Shown piece by piece: positions 58,581 through 64,000 of a stretch of 64,000 nt of DNA (its first letter is position 1; each line of letters begins with the position of its first letter). The translations under genes were made by a program, and so were the position numbers. The stretch lies in assembly GCA_013265495.1 (NCBI GenBank), contig MU058065.1:4195003-4259002 (forward strand), given 5' to 3'. The notes beneath the pieces were generated by a model, which was given only the letters and a program-made list of their open reading frames with translations, searched no databases and was not told the DNA's origin. The DNA comes from Vicugna vicugna. Lineage: Eukaryota.

Positions 58581-58760
58581 TAATAAACACTATCTTCTGT
58601 TATTTATGGTTATCATTTTTCAGCAGAGAAAAGTAAGAATTTATGATCTTCCGCCGTGAACTCACTGAGCCATGCCGCCTTCTAGGTGCTTCTATCGGTT
58701 GACAGCTGGCTGGCCAGATGGGTGGCTGTTTTGTCTCAAGTCTTGTTCCTTTCTCTGCAG

Positions 58761-61278
58761 GGAGTAGATTCTGCTGTCTTGGCCTCACAGCCCTTCCCGT
58801 TGATTCCAAAGCCCACAGAAGAAAACAGAACGCGCCCACCTCGCTTCCTCTTCCATGTGTTTCTTCTGCTTCTACTCTGCCAGGTCTGGAGCAAAGACAC
58901 TGATGAAACAACAGCCATCCCTGCGAAGAATGAGCGTCTGACTTGCAAATGCCCTCGCCCAGTGGAAGAAACAGCAAACATCCAAGCTTCAGCGTCCGTT
59001 CTCCGGTTGCACTGAGGAATGTCCTGTCTCGCAGCACCAGCTCTGCAGAGCCCTTCTTCCCAAACTCCTTTGGTTTTATTTATATGTATTTCCACATCTC
59101 CTTCCTGTACGTCACGGCTGCATTGGTGTGGCAGCAAGTGACCGAAGGCTACAGGTCTTACTACGGACACCAGGTCGGGTGCCACTCGGCAAAACAAAGC
59201 CAGTTCCCATGAGCTGCCTATGATATGCATTGCTGAAGTAACGTTTTACCCAGGGTGTGCCATCGCAGTGATATAAATATATTTTTTTTCCTAGACTAAC
59301 TATGAGCTGACTATCTCTTTTGATGTGTGTACATAGGCGTGAGTGTGCGTGTACGCGCGTGTACGTGTGGGTGAGTGTGTAACCTCATGCTTAGAACTGC
59401 CTGTGAATGTTGTGGAATGCGACACCTGGAAAGTTCTGGTTTGCCGCCAGTTCTGAGATGAAGAGCTACGTGAGAGAGTGGGCCTGGAGACCGTGCCCCG
59501 TCCCCTTAGAAAGACAACCCGGACATGTTCAATGTCCTGTATCTCTAAATGTATTTTGCAGCATCCACACTAACCTTAATAAGTCATTCTGCAGCTTTGG
59601 ACAGAGGCATTTCCACCTTAGCGGTGGAGGTGGAGTGATCGTAAAAATCCATTCAGGTGACAGCCCATCATCAAAATCACGAATTCTGATGGAACTCCTC
59701 ATCTGAATCACCAATTCCCTGGTGGAGGGAGAAAAGGGGATGGAATTTGTCTGGGAACCCCAAGTGGAATACAAGTAGCCTTTGTTTTCCTGCATAAATG
59801 GACTTGTTGAATGCGAACATATATATGCAATTCATTTACTTTTGGAGATGAACGCAGACGTGTGTGTCAGCTTTGAGATGATGTGTCCTGGATTAATACT
59901 TTGTCTCCCAATGTCACAGAAAAATACATGCCAGGGACTCTTGAGGTTAGCATAGTTGGGATCAAACGGTCTCAAGCAATTTCAGGTCCCCAATCACATG
60001 GAAAGTTCTAGAGTTATGAATATGCAGCTAACTTCTATGGCCCTCAAAAGTGCATCAGCCTTCTGGAGCCTGAGGTCCGGTGAAGAGTCAGTTTTGATAT
60101 GATAGGTATACCAAACTCCAGCCAACATACTGCCATTTTTCATAATCTGAGTGGCTGCCTTGCTTATGCTAAGCTGTGGTTACAGAAACTGTGGCCATTT
60201 CTATAAGCTATAACATCAAATCAGGGAAAAAAATGGGGGAAAAAAAGATTCCAAACCCTATGTTGAATAAGTAGAGAAAATCATCAGTAAATATTTATTA
60301 CATTCTGACAGGGTTGTGTGGCATTGTATTCTCATAAGTATGCCAGAGTGACAAAGTTAATTCACCCCTTTGGGGGGACTTGAATATATTTTTAAAGGGA
60401 TGTGCCTATGCATTGATGCCTGAAGAATATGTATAAAGAAATGAGCTTGAATCTCTGAGCAGGTTATCTTTCCCCGGAGCTCAGGGCAGGAGACCACCTT
60501 CAGGGGCTGGGTCTCGCACGCCCCAGGAATGAACGCTGCCCTAGTGGGCTCAGATGTGAAATCGTGCTCAGATGGGAAGTCATTAGGCAGCATTAAGCTG
60601 TTCCCCTGCACCAAATCAAGTAGCTTCACCATGTGTCCGCTGGCCCCAAATTATTTTTAGCAATCTTAAGAATGAAATGTTCTGGTGTGTTTTAAAAAGT
60701 TATTTTAAAGAAAAGGTTGTGCTCGCTACACTGCTGGTGTGTGTGTTTTTGAGACCTCTTGTATTCAATCTGTGAAGGGTATGTGTATTAATCCATACAC
60801 GCTTATAGCCTCAATATTTGTCTGAAGAGACTTAAATTCTGACCAGTAAAGGAAAGTTCTAGAAGCAATATTTTCACTTCTTTAACATTCTCCAAACAAC
60901 ATCAAGCATTGATACACACTGAAGAGTGCATTTATTTTTTTGTATCACTCCAAGTATGTTGGAATATGCAAGGACTGTGGTTAAATTTAGAATGTATAAG
61001 GCATATTATAATTTAGTTCATGCTGAAAAAGAAATTAACAGAACATTGCTTGGTTCATACCTGTTCCAAAATTTGAGCGATCTCTTGAGTTAGACATAGA
61101 GACTTTCTATTTTGGTTTAATCTGTCAAGGTATTTTTCTTCCCCTCATGAACTTTAGGTACACATAACTTATGTCGTTTATTTATGGTCTTTTATACCTA
61201 GTTTGTAAAATTGTAAAATAGCAAACTAAATGCAAAGAGTTTGCATTTGAAAATAATAAAGTAGTTGCCGTATACAAA
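58761..61278 (+). other. EPHA4: EPHA4 non-coding terminal exon (3'UTR part 2)
   Basis: Acceptor tcttgttcctttctctgcag ends at 58760; the exon is repeat-poor and AU/UG-rich and ends at AATAAA. The spliced UTR would be about 3.3 kb, consistent with my recollection of the human mRNA. Confidence 0.7.
61255..61260 (+). terminator. Distal polyadenylation signal AATAAA
   Basis: AATAAA with upstream TGTA elements, a CA about 15 nt downstream and a GT/T-rich downstream element (tagttgtctctttt). Confidence 0.75.
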
Positions 61279-61504
61279 CCTGGAATCTAGTTGTCTCTTT
61301 TCAACAATGTTTTGCCATATGCACGGTGTTTCTAAAGTAATTAATTGCTGCTTGTCACTTGGTTAAGATGCAAAATCTTAAATTGTAATTCAACGAAGTT
61401 GTTTAGAGGATAAAAAGGCTTGACTTCTAAACGGTCCTCACCCTTGAGAGCAACGCATTAGCAATCTGATTTGGATTCCGTGAGATCTTGTATCCCATTG
61501 TAAC

Positions 61505-61700
61505 TAAGACTGAACTTTGGTTGGAATTCAGGCTCCACTCCTTACTGATCACACGATTTAGGGCAAGTTACTTAACTCCCATGTGCCAATTTCTTTGTAG
61601 AAAGGCGATTACAATACTAAGAGCTTTTATGAAAACTAAATATATTAAAACATAAGCAGTGTCTAGCATTCAGCCAGAAATCAACAAATGGTAGCTATTC
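61505..61700 (+). mobile_element. MIR SINE downstream of the gene
   Basis: ggctccact..ttact...gggcaagttacttaactc. Confidence 0.6.
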
Positions 61701-62320
61701 TGAGGAGACTCTTGGTGATAGAAGCTATCTTCTCCATCGTTCCCAGTTCTACGCCCTGTCTAACGTCTTTGCTGCTGATCTAAGTGACCAGCTATGTGTC
61801 CTTACCACGGGCTTTGCATCCAGGGTCCATGGATCCTTCAGGATGCACCACTGGAGCTCCGGGGGGTCCAAAATTTCCCTAAAACACAGAGCAGATGTTA
61901 ATGATTGTGTGTGTGTTTTGACATTTCACACATGTCATCAAATTGGGGTGGGATATGCAAATATTAAAGACCACAGTTTTAAGGACGAATGCTCTCCTCA
62001 TGATATTATTTCTTTCAATAAACTACCATGGATTAAGCCCCTGTTAACTGAAAATCAGGCTCAAGTCTTATCATAATAAATTAACTGAAGCCCTAAGGTA
62101 CAGCTGGCTTCAGAGAGCGCACGCCAGTGACATTTTAAAATGTGGGCCTGGAAATGAAAAGAATCTGGGTTATGTCTGGTTCTTTTGTGTTTACCTCTTA
62201 CTTAAAGACCTTGCAAGAATCAGCTTTCTTGATATGCAGAGTCGTTGACAATGTATTTGTGATTGGAAAGAAACTAGGCAATATTTTCTCTCCCACTTGT
62301 TCAGCAAGACAGAAAGCAAC

Positions 62321-62785
62321 TGTACTGCTCAGGGTTCTCCAGAGAAATAAAGAACTAATAGAAGATACACCTCTATCTCTCTACAGAGAGGTAAAGACAT
62401 AGGTGCACAGAGAGACTTTTTATGAGGAATTGGTTCACAAAATTATGGAGGATGAAAAGTCCCATGGTCTGCAAGCAGGAGACTCAGGACCACCAGTGGT
62501 GTAATTCAGTCCCAAGTCCAAAGATCTCTGAGAACCAGGGGAGCCAACGGTGTAAATCCCAGAGATAAAGTGTCTCCGCTGTGAGGCAGGGAAACAGACA
62601 GGGGTCCCTCCATCCATGTCCTAGCATACTGGATGCGCTCAGCCACATTGCAGAGGGCAGTCTACTGAGTCCACGGATTCAGATGCTCATCTCATCTGAA
62701 AACACCCTCACAGACACACCCAGAAATCCGGGTTCACCTGGGCCCCACCAGCTAGTCAGACTGACACATAAAAATAACCATCACA
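62321..62785. mobile_element. MLT2-like (ERVL) or MLT solo LTR
   Basis: TG...CA termini; cagggttctccagagaaa...gaggaattggttcac...aaacaccctcacagacacacccagaaat...gacacataaaaataaccatcaca. Confidence 0.8.
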
Positions 62786-62914
62786 TCACTGGTATCTCCC
62801 CTTACGTTTTCTAGAATGAGCTGGTGGCGTGGTGTCGAAATTGTCAGATGTAATCTTAATAATTCTGAGACTGATTTCGGGGTACTGCCGTATGGGATTT
62901 TACATGATTGGGGG

Positions 62915-63260
62915 AATTGCACGCAAGTTTCTGTAATAAATGACCCCTAGTCTCCGTGTTTAACACACAAAAATTTTATTTCCAGCTCACAGCACAGCCT
63001 GATGAAGAGTCAGAGGATCTTCCTGGCAACTTTCCAATCAGCGACTCAGGAATCCAGGCTCTTTCCCTCCTGTGAGGCTGCCATGTTCAACACGTGGTGT
63101 CCAAGGCCACCATGTAAGAGGAAGAGAAAGTGGAAGATTGTGTTGAAGGTTTTACAGCCAGGCTTGGAAAGGGCTTGTATTCCTGCATCCTTCGTCTCAT
63201 TGGCCAGACCCAGTCACGTGGGTCTGGAGGCCTGTTTGGAGTCTGGGAAAGAAGCACGGG
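62915..63260. mobile_element. Degenerate MLT1-type LTR
   Basis: ctgtaataaatgaccc...tttaacacacaaaa..tttatttc...cattggccagacccagtcacgtgg. Confidence 0.5.
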
Positions 63261-63786
63261 AAGAGAGACTGTAGCGGCTCAGCAGCCAGCCGGTCTCCAC
63301 CTCGTACAGGAGCCCCAGGCCAGCAGGGGAGGTCAGGGGGAGCTTCCTGTGGCAGTCAAGTGCACCTGCAAGCTTTGTGTGATCTCCCGTAAGCATGTCC
63401 AGTGGCCATTTCCCAGAGGTGCAGACAAACGTGAGCCATGCTCAGACTTGCTACAGCACTTGCGTTCTCGTCCTTGTCTACCCAGATGCTTCAGGGATTG
63501 CCTTTTCCTTTCTGCATCACAGGTCTCTACACTCTGGCTGCTCACAATCTTCTGTTTCTACACAAAAGTGCCTGCCTTTTGGGGTTTAAATTGCCTTAGT
63601 GACTCAGTTTCCCATGGAGGAGAGGGAGATGGGGAGCTTAGAATGAACTCCAGTCCAAGCAACAGATCTGAGGTGTTATTTTTCCTCCAAAACCGCACCA
63701 CCTTAAGCACTTGATGTCTATTAGACGGACAAATTCTGATACAGCCTAAGAATTAAGAGCTAAAGTGTAACCTAGGTGACCATCGT

Positions 63787-64000
63787 CAGATGACTGGACA
63801 AAGATGCAGTGGTGTATGTATACAATGAAATGCTACTCAGTCGTAAAAAAGAATGAAGTAATGCCGTTTGCTGCAACATGGATGGACCTGGAGATCATCA
63901 TACAACGTGTAATAAGCCAGAAACTGAAAGAAAAATATGATGTCACTTATATGTGGAATATTTAAAAAAAAAAGATACAAATGAGACCCACAGACATAGA
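63787..64000 (+). mobile_element. L1 ORF2 C-terminal/3'UTR fragment running off the window
   Basis: tactcagtcgtaaaaaagaatgaagtaatgccgtttgctgcaacatggatggacctggag. Confidence 0.88.

Noticed and set aside
58600..59230. Antisense ORFs of 145 and 164 aa over the terminal exon
   Set aside because: Non-ATG starts and no domain similarity; they lie antisense to the 3'UTR.
63130..63714. 194-aa ORF downstream of EPHA4
   Set aside because: Starts at GTG, overlaps a degenerate LTR and resembles no protein family I know.

Overview
Mammalian (eutherian) genomic DNA holding the 3' part of the EPHA4 receptor tyrosine kinase gene on the + strand. The window opens inside a long intron (probably intron 5; exon numbers follow the human gene as I recall it). 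It contains 12 coding exons (6-17; 1643 coding nt including the stop, all GT-AG, phases consistent, frame intact). They encode the second FN3 repeat, the TM helix, the juxtamembrane tyrosines, the kinase, the SAM domain and the C-terminal PDZ-binding motif MVPV*. A probable 3'UTR intron (54522-58760) follows, then a non-coding last exon ending near AATAAA at 61255. The rest is intronic or intergenic, with about ten tRNA-derived SINEs resembling the camelid vic-1 family (so probably camel, alpaca or llama), L1 fragments, MIRs, MER-type DNA transposons and MLT LTRs. I found no new protein-coding system, and nearly all short ORFs in the track are noise. The best leads are RNA-level: a 3'UTR intron predicted to trigger NMD with alternative polyA escape routes, a recursive-splice-type AG|GTGAGT at kinase exon 11, alternative in-frame acceptors in the kinase domain, immediate stops on intron read-through, and inverted SINE pairs that could drive editing or back-splicing. 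Repeat family names and cross-species comparisons come from memory and were not searched.
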